Source of the DNA: Takakia lepidozioides
Taxonomy: Eukaryota > Plantae > Bryophyta
DNA: 64,000 nt
Assembly: GCA_030704615.1 (NCBI GenBank)
Contig: CM060733.1
Location: 36,642,001-36,706,000, forward strand
Direction: 5' to 3'
The position numbers and the translations under genes were made by a program. A model generated the notes under the pieces. That model ran no database searches. It was given only the letters and a program-made list of their open reading frames with translations, and was not told the DNA's origin. Below, piece by piece: positions 23,373-36,683 of this stretch (position 1 is its first letter; the number at the start of each line of letters is the position of its first letter).

Positions 23373-26300
23373 TCACCAGTAATCTCCACAGGAACAAATC
23401 CCATCCTGGAAGTGGTGAAACCGGTTGGCATCCCTCACAATAATTGCTCGCCTAGCAATTTTTGAGATGAGCTTGGTGGCAGTGTGGCAGTCACCACACA
23501 CCCGAAGGTTCTTGATGATGCGGAGAGGCATCCCAGGGGGTGTACTGATCAACCCCAAAGCAATAGCCAGCTTTTCACTATGGTAGCAAAGAGAGAGTTC
23601 CTTTTGCTCCTCCTCCACATCATGCAATACAAGGCGTGTGTCAGGCACATACCCAGCCACCTTCATCTGACCATACAATCTTTTAAGCTCAGCATGAATT
23701 TCCTCAATCTGTGGATGCGATCTGTCTTCTACAACAAAGGTATGCACCTGGTTACCAATCCCAATACAGCTGTGCCCTGGTTCCTTTCTAACACCTCTAT
23801 TCTGCATCATTTTTCTCACCTTTGCTGTATCATCCCACCTACCAACAGCAGCATAGATGTTCGATAGCAGCACATAAGTAGCAGCGTGCTGTGGATCCCA
23901 CTTGAGAAGGCACTGAGCAGCACGTTCGGCCACCTCCACATTGCTATGAGTTCTGCAGGCACTAAGCAAGGCCCCCAATAATGTAGCATCTGGTTTGAGT
24001 GGCATTGTGTTCGCGAGGTTTTCTGCCTCATCCAACCGACCTGCGCGGCCCAGAAGGTCCACCATGCAGCCAAAATGCTCCACTGTAGGAGTGAGTCCAT
24101 GATCTCGACTCATGGAATCAAAGTAGTGACAGCCTTCATCGACCAGACCCGCATGGCTACATGCAGAAAGAAGACATATAAAGGTAATACCGTCGGGCTT
24201 CAAGCCTTCCTCTTGCATTTGGTCATATAGTTGCACAGCTTCCATACCACACCCATGCTGAGCATATCCTGCAATGATTGCACTCCATGAGACCACATCT
24301 CGTCCAGCCATGTTGTCAAACACTTGACGCGCATCCTTCATACTCCCACATTTGGCATACATGTTGACCAGGGCAGTCTCCAAAATGGTATTTGGTGCCA
24401 TTCCAGCTTTGATCATGTCAGAATGAACCTCTTTGCCCATTTCCAGGGCTGCTAGGCTGGCACACACCTTGAGAATGCAAATGAATGTGACCTTGTCACG
24501 CACCATTTTTTCCTGCACCATCTGCTCATACATCACCAAAGCCTCCCTACCACGGCCATGCTGAGCGTATCCTGCAATCATCGCATTCCATGTGACTACA
24601 TCCGGCTTCAACCCTTCTTGTTGCATTTCTTCCAGTAATTGCTGGGCCTCCATAAAGCACCCACGCTGAGCATAGCCTGCGATCATCACGTTCCATGAGG
24701 CTGCACTTCGTTCGGCCAGATTGTCAAACACCTGGCGTGCATCCTTGAAGTTTCCACATTTGGCATACATGTTAACAAGGGCAGTCCCCAGGATAATATC
24801 TGGCACAATTCCGGCTTTAATGATGTCAGATTGGACATCAACACCTTTTTCCAGAGCTGCCAGGGTGGCACATGCATTGAGAATGCAAATGAAAGTGACC
24901 TTATTGGGTGTCACCCCTTCCATTATCATTTGCTCATACATCTCCAAAGCCTCCCAACCATACCCATGCTGAGCATATCCTGTGATCATGGCAGTCCATG
25001 AGACCACATTTTGGTCAGTCATATTGTTGAACACCTGACGTGCATTCTCTACACTACCGCATTTGGTATACATGTTGACGAGGGCAGTCTCCAGAATGAT
25101 ATCTGGGGCAATTCCAGCTTTGAGGATATCAGCATGGACCTCTTTGCCCTTTTCCAGGTCTGCCAGGCTGGCACAAGCATTGAGAATGCATATGAAAGTA
25201 ACCCCATTGGGTGTCACCCCTTCCAGTATCATTTGCTCATACATCTCCAAAGCCTCCTTACCACACCCATGTTTGGCATATCCTGCAATCAACGCACTCC
25301 ATGAGACAACATTTCTTCCAGCCATACCCTCAAACACTCGAAGTGCATCCTTTAGACTTCGGCACTTGCTGTACATGTCAACAAGGGCAGTCTCCAGAAC
25401 TATATCTGGCACAATTCCAGCTTTAATGATGTCAGTGTGGACCTCTTTACCTTTGTCCAGGGCTGACAGGCTGCCACATGCATTGAGAATACAAATGAAC
25501 GTGACCCTGTTGGGTGTAAACCCTTCCCATATCATTTGCTTATACATCTCCAAAGCATCCATAGCACACCCGTTCTGGGCATATCCTGCAATCATTCCAT
25601 TCCATGAGACCACATTTCGTTGAACCATACTATCAAACACTTGAAGTGCATCCTTCAAGCTCCCACATTTGGCATACATGTTGGTAAGAGTATTCTCCAA
25701 ATTAATATAGGAAATGATACCAGCTTTCATGATGTTAGCATGGACTTCTTTGCCCTTTTCTAGGGCTCCCAGGCGAGCACAAGCATTAAGAACGCAAATG
25801 AACGTGACCCTGTCGGGCATCACGTTTTCCACTTGCATTTGCTCATACATTTCAATAGCCTCCCTACAACACCCATGCTGAGTATATCCTGCTATCATAA
25901 TATTCCACGTAAACATATTTCGTGTAGGCATTTTGTCAAACACCTGCCGCGCATCCAACACACTCCCACACTTGGCATACATGTTGATAAGGGTGTTGAG
26001 TAGAAAGATGTTTGGTTTGAATCCACTTTGTAGGATGTGGGTGTGCACCTGCCTTCCCTCTCTTAGGCATTTCATCTTGATGCACTCCTGCAAGAGACAG
26101 ACATAAGCATTGGAGTCCACCAAAAGGCTTCCTTGGTTCAAAATGTGTAATGGCTCTTTCAGTTGCCCTCCCTTACAAAGTGTCCTCGTATCTCCAAGAG
26201 TGCCAGACGAGCTCCTGTTGACTCCCTCTCGAGATCCTCTTTCAAAAACAGTGGTCATGGTGGAGGTGCAAGATTCAAACAACTGTGCCTGATTCAACCC

Positions 26301-27400
26301 TGCCATCCTGCATGACTCATAATTTTAGTTACAAACCGCAACACTCAGCCTCAGTGGATTCTATATCAAAGCCTCTACGGAATTCTAGAAAGATCTCTTC
26401 ACGAGAACATGCTCCTTGCTACATATTAACAGGGTTTTTGTGGTGGTTGACCCATTGTTTTACGTTGGATGACTTTTGACAACTGTGTTCACATTCACAT
26501 AGAGAGAAAGGTACAACACACACCGTCCATGTAACATTTCCACATTGTATGTAACCTCCTATGCAACCCCACCCCCCTCCTGAGAAAAACCCACAAGATT
26601 CAGATCCCATTGTGTGTCAAGGGAGAGACGTTAACTATCCCTCATGGTAAATCCCATAGGTGGCTTACCCGTCCCTTGTGAAAATTTACGTGAAAGACTT
26701 TGGAGGATACCCCATGCAACTAACATTGAAAGAGCAGAACTGCGGGTAGTCTGCATCTGCATAAGAGAAGGGACGACTGTCACACTGGAAGCGCCCCGAC
26801 AATTCCCCTCTGTGAAGGCTCACCACAGACATCCGCCTAGCTGCTTCCTGCAATTGACATCTGCTACTGTAGGATGTATCTGCACCCACTCTCCATCCCT
26901 GCCTCCTTCAGCTGCCACCACCACAAAATAAATAGAGCAAACACACCGCAACCATCACTGGCCCCTAAGCTGATGGACGCCCCACTTCCAGGGCTTGGTC
27001 CCTGTGCAATACTAGGGAGTTTCAGAACAGACTGGAATTTCCATGGCACTGTGAATCCATTGCCGAGGATTTGAGTTTTGGAGGCTGCGATGGCCTTGCC
27101 CTCATACTGTACAGAATGAGGTCCATTTCAACACCGCTCGTCTAACCCTCTAGCCTGCAAGAGGATGGATACCTACATTTGGTTGTCCAGTCACAGGGTA
27201 ATGAATGTACCTGCCACAGTTTTGAGGAGAAAGGCAGGTGGAGAGAGAGAGAGAGAGAGAGATTGCTTCTGCTGCAAGATGAAGGCATTCACCTTATTGC
27301 CTCGATTATCCCACCACTGAGTCGGGTCTCGAAAAAGTTCGTTCCGGAGCTTTTCCATATCCGTAATTTGGCATTGTAGATATTTGCCTGTGTTTGCAAT
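23373..27400 (-). CDS. PLS-E-DYW PPR RNA-editing factor with degenerate N-terminal PDF motif (gene 2). Predicted exons: ~27400-27293, 26879-26824, 26307-23373; the 5'-most exon(s) were not resolved
   Basis: 21 PPR motifs including a P-P doublet, E1/E2 and DYW (HSEKLA, CGDCH, DYW*). Upstream exon ELFRDPTQWWDNRGNK|GT; 56-nt exon IHPTVADVNCRKQLGGCL-TG|GTGAG joins AG|G-ATG in phase. Confidence 0.92.
27240..27262. repeat. (GA)n microsatellite in a PPR gene 2 intron
   Basis: Directly visible. Confidence 0.85.
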
Positions 27401-29721
27401 TTCCTTGCTGAACGTGACCACAGGTAGACTTGGCCACTCAATTTTTTGCACCTCCAAGTGACCTTCATTCTCCTTACCCCGACCATATGCCTCCTCTACT
27501 GGGCTCCACTGGCCCGCTTTTGGCTTCAAACTGTTTGAAACAGACCTAAAGGCAATGCCCTGTGGAATATGCAAAGGGTTTAGAGGGTACACTCCAGATC
27601 TTCTTGATGCTTTAGGTCCAGGGCAGGTGATATAGCCTAGGGGAGGCTTATTAGGGCACCCGGAGATGCCTCCAGTACATGCCGATAAAGCAAACATAAT
27701 CCCCGCGGATCCCATGCTTATAGTTTGCATGGCAGCTCCTTATCCAACTCCTCCAAGAAAGAATACATCTGAAATTCCTGATATATGGAGAGAAAGCAAT
27801 TTGCTCAGGCACACCAAGCACTGTTCAAGTCTAATACTCCTCTTCTCTCAATGTCCCGATATACCTGCGGAGGTTTGCAATGGCTCCACTGGCAATGCAG
27901 GCGAAAATAGGGGCAAGACTACCCCCTTATTAACCTCCCTATCTTGAGTGTTAAAAATCATAGCTGCAGCAGAAGAGACAACAGCAGACCTGTCGTTCTG
28001 TTCACAGAGCCTTGCTTGAGGGGATATGCAAGAGCTTCTGTGGCATCGTATAGAATCACAACCAGATGAGCGTTCGGGATGGCGTAAAAGGTTTTACATT
28101 AGTGGAATTTGGTGTGGATAGCTAAGTTGAAAGAGAGGGGATCCAACAAGTGCTGATGAGGTCCATAGCAGGATGTAGAACCTGATTGCCCTGGAAATTG
28201 GCTAGAGGCCGGTACAGTTGGGAGTGGGCTGATGGACCTGTGAGTTTGAGGCCTTCAGCCCCAGGGGATATTGCATCCAACAAGGCAACAATTTGGATAA
28301 AAATCTAGTGATTGCCACGTGGTCAATGCAGGGGGGTCATTTTTGGGTTTTTTTTTAACTTTGCAAACAATGTCCCAATTTCACAGTTTAAGTGTATGAT
28401 TGTGTTGCTTTGTAGGCCCAGCAACATGTTATCTCTCTCTCTTTCCGTGTGCCCCATTGGAAGCCCCTACCCAACATCCCAGCCTCTTTACAGAACTTTG
28501 TAACCAGCCTGCCTAATCTCAGCTCCCAGTCAGCTTGGATCACAAAACCAGCACAACTAGCAAGTCCTCTCTTCACAGCAGCAATAGCAGCCCAGAACAA
28601 CCTTTGTACCAGCCCAACAGCCCCACACAGTGCCCACATGCGGCAGCCCCACACCCAAAATCCCAACAGCCCATTTTGGGTACCTGTATTCTACTTTTTA
28701 AGCATGATACCTTATGGCTTTCTTTTGCTCCTAGTCTTGCATACATTCCTACCAGGTCTTCTGTTCTCAAGAATCATTCCAGCCCAAGGTCAACCTGCGT
28801 ACCAACCGGCCAATAGCCCCACACCTTATCCTCATAATTGTTTGTGTGAGTGGGATTTGAGCCCCAAACTCTGGGCCTACCCCATTGACACCCGCACATA
28901 CACACAAGGGGAGGGAATTCCTGCAAGAGAATGCCCCATCCTTGTACACCCCCACTTGGTTAAAGGACTAATACCTTTAGGCACAAACAACTCGAGCAAG
29001 CAAACTTAGAAAGTGAACACAGAATAAAAAAACAAAACCAATTGTGACCAAGTAATCATGAGCTCCGACAGCTCTTATCATAACTGCAAGTCCTCATGCA
29101 CAACATTGTCTAGATTGATCTAGCCCTCATGTCATTGTTGCAGCTCCTGTCATAGCTGCAGCTTCTCATGATCTGCGTGTGAAACAAATAATGTTAGGCC
29201 CCTTTATGCAACTCTTGTCATAGCTTCAGCTTTGCAGGCCAATACATTACGCCTCTCATTTTAAGATAATAGGGTCTTCAATGGGCACGTGCGATGTGGC
29301 CGGTGGGCCCCACGCACGGACGCCCGGCTCCCCAGCACCCCGCCCGCCGCTGCAGCAACCGCGCCTGCGCCCCCGTCCGCCGCGCGGCCAGTCCCCCGCC
29401 CATGAGTCCGCTGCCCTCCAGTCTGCCAGTCCGCCAGTCTGCCCGTCAGTCCGGTGCCCAGCAGTCTGCCAGTCTGCCAGTCTGCCCGCCAGTCCCCTGC
29501 CATCCAGTCCGCTGATGGCGCAGGATCGCCACCATCCATTCCCATAACCCATCCGAACCCTCCATTTTTAGGGCTGCAATTCAAACCTACATCCCTGCCG
29601 CCTGCCACTTGCCAGCAGCCGCGAACGTGCGCACTATTCTCCTGACACGTTGTCAATCGTGTCTTGTACTGTGGCGCGTTTCTTGCATGTTCAGAAGCGT
29701 GTCCTTTGTACTGTATAGGGC

Positions 29722-31601
29722 ATGGACGTGGAAGCAAAACCCGATGATATACTGATCACGGAAAGCCCGCTTATACGGCCTCTTCGACAATGTTTGCAAA
29801 CAGCAAAACCAGGACCTTTCAACAGGAAGGATCTCCATTGGAAGAGTGAGACGCAATATGGGTTTATGGGTGTGCGAGTGAATGTTGAAAAGGCCTACAT
29901 ACCTTGGGATAGAGTTGGTGACTTCGTCCTGGGAGAGGAGAGTTTGGAGGACTACCCCACTCAGTTTTGGGTTAATGTCCATTCTAAAGTGGAACCCGGC
30001 TCGCGAAAAGCACCCAGAGCCAACACATTTCTGTCCAGTATTATGTGTGTACCATCCTCAGTCCTTTTGACGTTTCATTGCATGTCTGTTGCCATTTTTT
30101 GTTTCACGAGTTCTCTGATTTTATGCTTCCTTAAGTCGTTGGATATTGATTTTAGAATTTTCTGTCCAGGTATCAATGCTGCTACGGTCCTGATGACAAA
30201 CGCACCAACAAGGCAATAGTGGAGGATCCAAAACAGAAGCGTGGAGGACCTCTTGTGGGTGCTGGAACATCTTGCCCTCATAAAGGCCCAAGGAGAAAGA
30301 AGTCAGAGTATGGAGAGTCTTACAAACGTGGTTGCCAATGTTGTTTCAAGGTCCAGCAATGCTATCTCGCCCCTGACATCTGTGTCCTCACGTACTACAA
30401 CAACATGGAGCATACAGATGCGCAAGGGAAACCCTCGCATGGGAAGTCCGCAGAGTTCAGGGATATGGGAGACTTCATGTACTGTAGAGGGGGACCACGC
30501 AACGAGAAAAAAACGCTTCGGTGGGTTGCAAGGAGAATCCGTCGTATGAGGTCAAAATACCCGAAAGGACATGAATTTCTTGACTATATCAAACAGTACT
30601 GGAAGCCCAAAATAGCAATGTGGTGTACAGCAGCCCGTCATGTCCCTCATGCGAGCCAAGACACAAACGCAAGCATTGAGGCATACCATGGAAATCTGAA
30701 GGCAAGACTTGCCATGGGGAAAGGCAAGATGAGTGGTCGTAGAGTGGACTGGCTTATATGGGAACTCACTGGCCGTGTGCTAACACACTACTGGTACGCA
30801 ATCCATTTGAAGACCCACGGGTTCATAAGAAATGACAAACACGAAAAGTACATATCCAGTTCTATACTTGCGGCACGAGACATTCCTGCTGAGAGTGTTA
30901 CTCTTCCCTTGGGTCCTGGTGAACCAGCCTACGTTCTCAGCAGCAACCACCCCGGCACAACATACATTGTTTACAATCCTGATTGCGATTGGGGTTGTTG
31001 CACGTGCCCATGGGCAATGAAGGGAAACTTATGCAAGCATCAGGTCCGTGTCTTGAAGATGCTTCACCCTGACCTGCAGGATGGCCTCCTTGTGCGCGCT
31101 TGTGGCACGGCGCTGGGAACCCTTCATGGAGGATTACCTAACTTGCTCTTGGGCAATGGTGCCGGCGGCAACGACGAATCCAATCAGTGCATGGAAAGAC
31201 ATCCTCCGGACGACTTCCCCTACGACGAGGCACCTCTGGAGGTCTCAGCCTCATTGGAACAAGAATTCGCGGACATACTTTGCATTGTAGGTGATGACAA
31301 ATACCTGGAGGCACATGCCCGATCTGCTCTTCATATGTGCAGAGGGCAGCTCGTTGATATCCTGGCGAAAAGTGCGGCTGGAATGTTGCACCCTGCGGCA
31401 GCGAAGGCTTTCCGTCCTCTGAACGACAACAACAACATGTCTCTGAAAAGGAGACGAGATTTCGTGGAGGCCTGGAAAACCCGGTCTAGGGTTTTGCGGA
31501 GAACCAGCAAGAGGGTGTCTGTACCTGCACCTGCAGCACATATATACTCGAAAATTCGCAAGGTTTCAGGTCGTGTAGATGTCACGAAGAAGACAATATA
31601 A
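29722..31601 (+). mobile_element. MULE-type transposase remnant with SWIM zinc finger, internally deleted
   Basis: KRGCQCCF; SQDTNASIEAYHGNLK (third catalytic E region of Mutator DDE); SWIM CTCPWAMKGNLCKH. The central D-D core is apparently missing. Confidence 0.8.
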
Positions 31602-31745
31602 GTCTGCAATGCCTCGAAAATAGACAAGGTTTCACGTCGTGTAGGTGTCACGGAGAAGACAATATAAGTCTGCAATTCCTCGAAAAGAGACAAGGTTTCA
31701 TGTCGTGTAGGTGTCACGAAGAAGACAATATAAGTCTGCAATTCT
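31560..31745. repeat. Three 66-bp tandem repeats
   Basis: AGGTTTCA.GTCGTGTAG.TGTCACG unit starts at 31561, 31627 and 31693. Confidence 0.9.
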
Positions 31746-32277
31746 TCTGGTAGCATTGTCCCTTTCTGAAATACAAGTCTGCAATGGACTTTTGCACAGT
31801 CTCCCAACGGACTCCTCCAGTCTCCCAACTGACTCCCATACAGTCTCCCAAGCATAGTCTCCCAACGGACTCATGCACAGTCTCCCAACAGAGTCACAGT
31901 CAACAGACTGCGAGCGCCAGTAAGCCAGTCTGCTGCCCACTCCAAAAGTCTGCTCACCACACTTCCACCTCATCCCTGCAACTTATGCCAATCCAGCGTC
32001 CCAGCGGACTCATGGACATGGTGCCTCCCAGACTAGGTACCAGACCCAGCAGTCCTAGCCTCGGCAGCGTACTGCTCGCACATTCAAGCTCAGCAGACTC
32101 GGGTGCATAGTGCATGGAAAAATTGACACCATTGTGTCCATTGAGTTTAGTGACAACATTACAAAACATGCCAGCACCCACAGTACACAAAAGTGCTCAT
32201 CACCACTGGAATAGTAAGCGAAAAGACTTGCATTTTTTATTTCGGTACATAGACTTCACAGGACAAGTACATCATAC

Positions 32278-35200
32278 TCATGAGAGCAGTTTCTCTATAT
32301 TGTCCAACCCCCGCACGATATACTGGGCACACTGCATTCGCTGCCCAAGTGCAAACTTGAAAGTAAACCAGTCCTTCGTGAAAGATGTTCCTCTCTCTGG
32401 CTTTGCACTCTTGGAGACATTTGCTCTGACTTTTACCCACTCATAAAACACTTGAATGAATGACATGACGTAAAAGCCATCTCAGCTGAATGGTTGCTGG
32501 GGCACATCAGGCGCGTGGAACTGAAATGCATGGACAATCTCATGCCACTCTGGTGAGTCCATCGAGTACCCTAAGCACTGCTTACGAAGCTTCCGAATCC
32601 ACCCTAGAACAAAGGGACATTTATGCAAGTCCCTGATAGAGTTCAGGTGAGTGTAACAACCTTTGCGGAGGTCGATGATACAAACACTCCAGTGCCCCCT
32701 GCAATGGTATCAAACAACATGGCGTCATTGCACAATCATGATGGGCAGACTGAGCAGACTGACACTCAGCAGACCGACCACTCAGCAGACTCAATCTTCA
32801 AACCCAGTCCACTGCACAAATATAGAGGTCAACTTAATCGCTCAGAGTCAAGACGACACTGCAAAACCAGACTATGACTTAGGAGACAGTCTCAGCAGAC
32901 TCAGAAGAGTTCTTACTCGTCCCCAATTGGCACCAAAATGAAATCGCACTCTTTCAAGTCCTTGCCCAGTCGTTCAATGCTGAGGCAACATTTCAAGACC
33001 TCCAGAAGGCTTTCATGTTGCCCCACCCCCAATGACTTCAACACCGTCCACATCGACGTTGGAAGAACAGCAATAGTATTGGTGAACGCAGCCTCAACCG
33101 ACTTCTTATAGAATCGACACCACAGCTCCAGGAGTCTATCTGTGCACTCCGACTCAACCTTCTGGACCGCCTTTATGTCATCCGGCGACAGTCCGCATTC
33201 AAACCATGGGTCCCCTTCAAAAAACATCAGCATGGAATTACCCGCCTTCACGTGCAGAGCATGTGCTTTGCCAAACCGAGCACCCATCCTGCACAGAGCA
33301 GACCATCCTTCGGGAAGCCTCATGTACTGAACAGACTGACGTCAACATGGTATCAAACACTCTACAGGCTGAACAATTCATCAGACTGACAAGACTAACC
33401 ACAACAGACAATGATGAAACCAGCAGCAGACTGACCACAACAGAGCGCAAAGCACTTAACGACAAAGACAGACGAGGAGACTGAGCACAGTACTCACCTG
33501 TGCTGCTCCAGGAAACGACCCACATCTTTGTCCATGTCCAAGGCCAGCTTGCGGTTCTTGTTCATAAAGACGCTAGACTTTTTCTTCGCCGGTCTCTTGG
33601 TACTCGGACCCTCCTCGACCTCCTCAGCATGGTCCACGACAGTCCGCTTCTTGGCTTTGCCTCTCCCCTGGGAAGCAGGGACAGCTGTAGGCGGGCTGGA
33701 TAGAGCAGACAAACGCAGCGCTGCCGCCCTACTTCGCAACAGAGGCTGGTCAGCAGGTTTGTTTACACTTGCTGGACCTGTCTTTGCAGCTTCGTGGGTC
33801 GCATGCGTAGAACTGACCCGCGCATCGGGGGCGTGCTCACCCCCACACCTTTCTTGGTTGTCGATCCCACGTTTGCAGCATGGGCGGAAGATGTCATGTC
33901 CTCAGAAGTAGACAGTCTGCCGACGGAGGGACGAACATCCTGTGAGGATACCGAGCAAAATGTCAAATTAGCCCAATTTCACAATGTGCTAAAACATAAA
34001 CAACAGTGCTGAAAGAGGAAATGACACAACCTGCCCAAGGGGTGAGGGAGAAGACTCCGTGTAATCCAGCGCTATACCAGACGGTGTCTGCGCCGCATGT
34101 GGTTCCTTGTCAGTGTGCCTGCCAGCATGTTCAGTCTGTTGCTCAATGTGGGCAGTCTGCTCAGCCGCCGGTTCTTCGTCAGTCCTTTCGTCTGTGAACT
34201 GTGCAGTCTATTGGCAACTCTGCGGTTGTGCTTGGTGGCAGGTTGGTCGTCAGTCCTTCCCTGTGTGAAGTGTGCAGTGTGTTAGTCAGGCCGTGCAATC
34301 TGAACTGTGCAGTCAGAGCTGAGCTGTGCAGTCTGCCGCTCCGAGCTCTTCCAGAGCTGACCTATGCAGTCTACTGGTTAGTCTGCGGTTCAGTCTGCTC
34401 ATCAATGAAGACAGTATGCTGCCCCGCTAGTGTAGTTATTGACCAGCACAGCACCTGCGGCCAGCATGTAAGAGTATAAGCAGGGATTGCCTTGCAACCA
34501 TGTAGTAACTGTTGTTGCGAGTAGAATAATTCAGTTGAGGCGAATCTTCCTTTAGCTTTCTCCTCATCTTCAGAACCACTATCTAGACAATAACAAGTGG
34601 ATGCACTGGTGGCAGACCTAGTGACAGTGCAACAAGGAGGCAATTTGAAGGAGGGGGAGTTGAGAAAGAAAGAGGACATGTCGAGGCAGTCCTTCCATGT
34701 GTCCACTGTTCAGTGTGCTGGTCAGTCTGGTGGACAACCGGCTGTGTGTTCGGATCTCCATGGACTTGGGAACATCAAGAACATGTATGGAAGACCCACC
34801 GGCAATTGCTTCCTCACACTCTTCTGTAAGATCTATGATACGGTTTTGCGTTTCCAGATTGAGTTCGGTCATCACGTAAGACTCATCTATGGCTTTCGCC
34901 ACTGAGCGCACGAAAACCGGACTAACCTGGAAGGTCATAGAAGGCAGGCCACGGGGAGCTGAATAAGAATGCTTTACTGGTGACCTGATGACATCGTCAG
35001 TGAATGTGCCTGGGGAAAAAGTGGACTCGGTCAAAACACTCATACTGGCAGATCCAAAAACATGTTGTTGGGAACTCAGCAGAAATTCGTCCACAGGGTC
35101 TCGGTGAGGCCAGTGCATCCGAGTCTGTTACACAATCTAGGGAACAGACTGGCTGTTAGTCTCCTAAATAGTCTGCTCGGCCATCTGCTGAGTGGGTTTG

Positions 35201-36683
35201 CCAGTGTGCTGCACAGTCTGCTGAGGGGCAATCTGCTGGCTGGAGTCATCGGTCTGTTGGCCGGTCTGTTCTCCGGTCTGCTGCAAAGTCTGCAAAGTTC
35301 GCTGCCCGCTCAGTACTGTTTGCACATACTGATGTGTGTGCGGGGCAGTCTGCTGGGAGTGATCCGACCTATTACCTGGGACGGTCTGGTGCACATGCTC
35401 GGTCTCCAGCACTTGGGCAGTCTGCCCACATGTGTCGTGGGGAATATGTTGTTCGACATTCTTGTGGTCAGTCTGCTGGACAGTCTCCCAAACTCCTTGT
35501 AAAGCCAGGACAAGGTCCCTTGCACCTCTGGCAAAAGAGTCGAAAGTCGCCTGCACTTGCTTGTCTCCCAGATCAACTCGCCCTGCAACACATGTTTATG
35601 CAAATGTGAACTTCTAAAAAAGTTGGCAAAAGAAATTGAGCTGAAACACGAAAGTTGCCCATAACATTTTACCTTCCAAGAGATTTCCGACGAGGCCAAT
35701 GTCCTTGATTTGCCGGCACAGGCATGCTCCATCGAGATGAGCAATGGCGCCGATGCGGTCTTCAGTTGGGATCCCACACCAAAGGACTTTGAAGACATTG
35801 GGATTCTACAAAACAATGTCGAATACTGCTCGCTCCATCACCAATGCAAACCAGTGCAATGCGTCATCCACCACAAACTTCTGTGAATGGTCTGTTCCAT
35901 GGAGTAAGTCCATCCTCAAACTATGCAAATCCTTCATCAACTTGTTGTATGAGCGGAAATTACCAAATTGCATCCATCTGTGTTGTTGGAAGGAAGCTGC
36001 CATGCGCTCAAAGTCCTCCTCAGTCAATCCGAACAAGTGCTTTCTTCGCACCCCAAAGGTTGGATGGGTCATCCATGAGAATCAGCTGCACAAGTAGAGG
36101 CGGCGCATTTTGGTCGCTTGTGGCTTCAATGGCAACAGCAGAGGCGGCTTCTAGAACATGGTTGGCTTCCTCAATAGAAAACTCCATGGAATAATGAAAG
36201 GGTACAAATAACCACCGGCTCCGCAACAATCCGGTGGAGCTCATTATGCCAATCCAAATGGGGATTAATTTCTCCCACCCTAAGCCGGGGAAGTGTGAGG
36301 TCTTCAGCTCCGGGTCGAATTATTGGTGATAGCGATCGCCAAACTGCAAAAAGCGCCGTGCTATGTGAGAGAAAGGCAGTCTGCTGGTCCGCAGTTTGTT
36401 GGATGACAGGACTTCCCATTGGCATGGGCTGCATGATGGGCTCCTGGAGAGGAGTCTGCAGGATGACAGGCTGCTCGTTGGGAGGCTGCTGGATGACAGG
36501 CTGCTGAACAGGAGTCTGCTGGATGACGGCCTGCTGAATGGGAGTCTGCTGGATGGCAGACTCGGCTGTCCCAGACGCATTCCCCCCCGACGCGTCTTGA
36601 TTATGTAATGCCACTATAGCAGCAGATGACCCAGGATACTTCAATAATATGTACTCTCGTACGCGGTCCACTTCCGCACGCAT
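32278..36683 (-). pseudogene. Multi-exon Ulp1-like (peptidase C48) gene carried antisense in the MULE region, with Q-rich low-complexity N-terminal part
   Basis: Spliced DFILVPIGDE|GHWSVCIID...HLNS...VPQQPFS*DGFYVMSF (intron 32699-32916, phase-compatible). In-frame stop and catalytic Cys absent. The upstream extent is inferred. Confidence 0.75.

Noticed and set aside
28449-29009. 186-aa plus-strand ORF
   Set aside because: Low complexity, non-ATG start, no recognisable domain.
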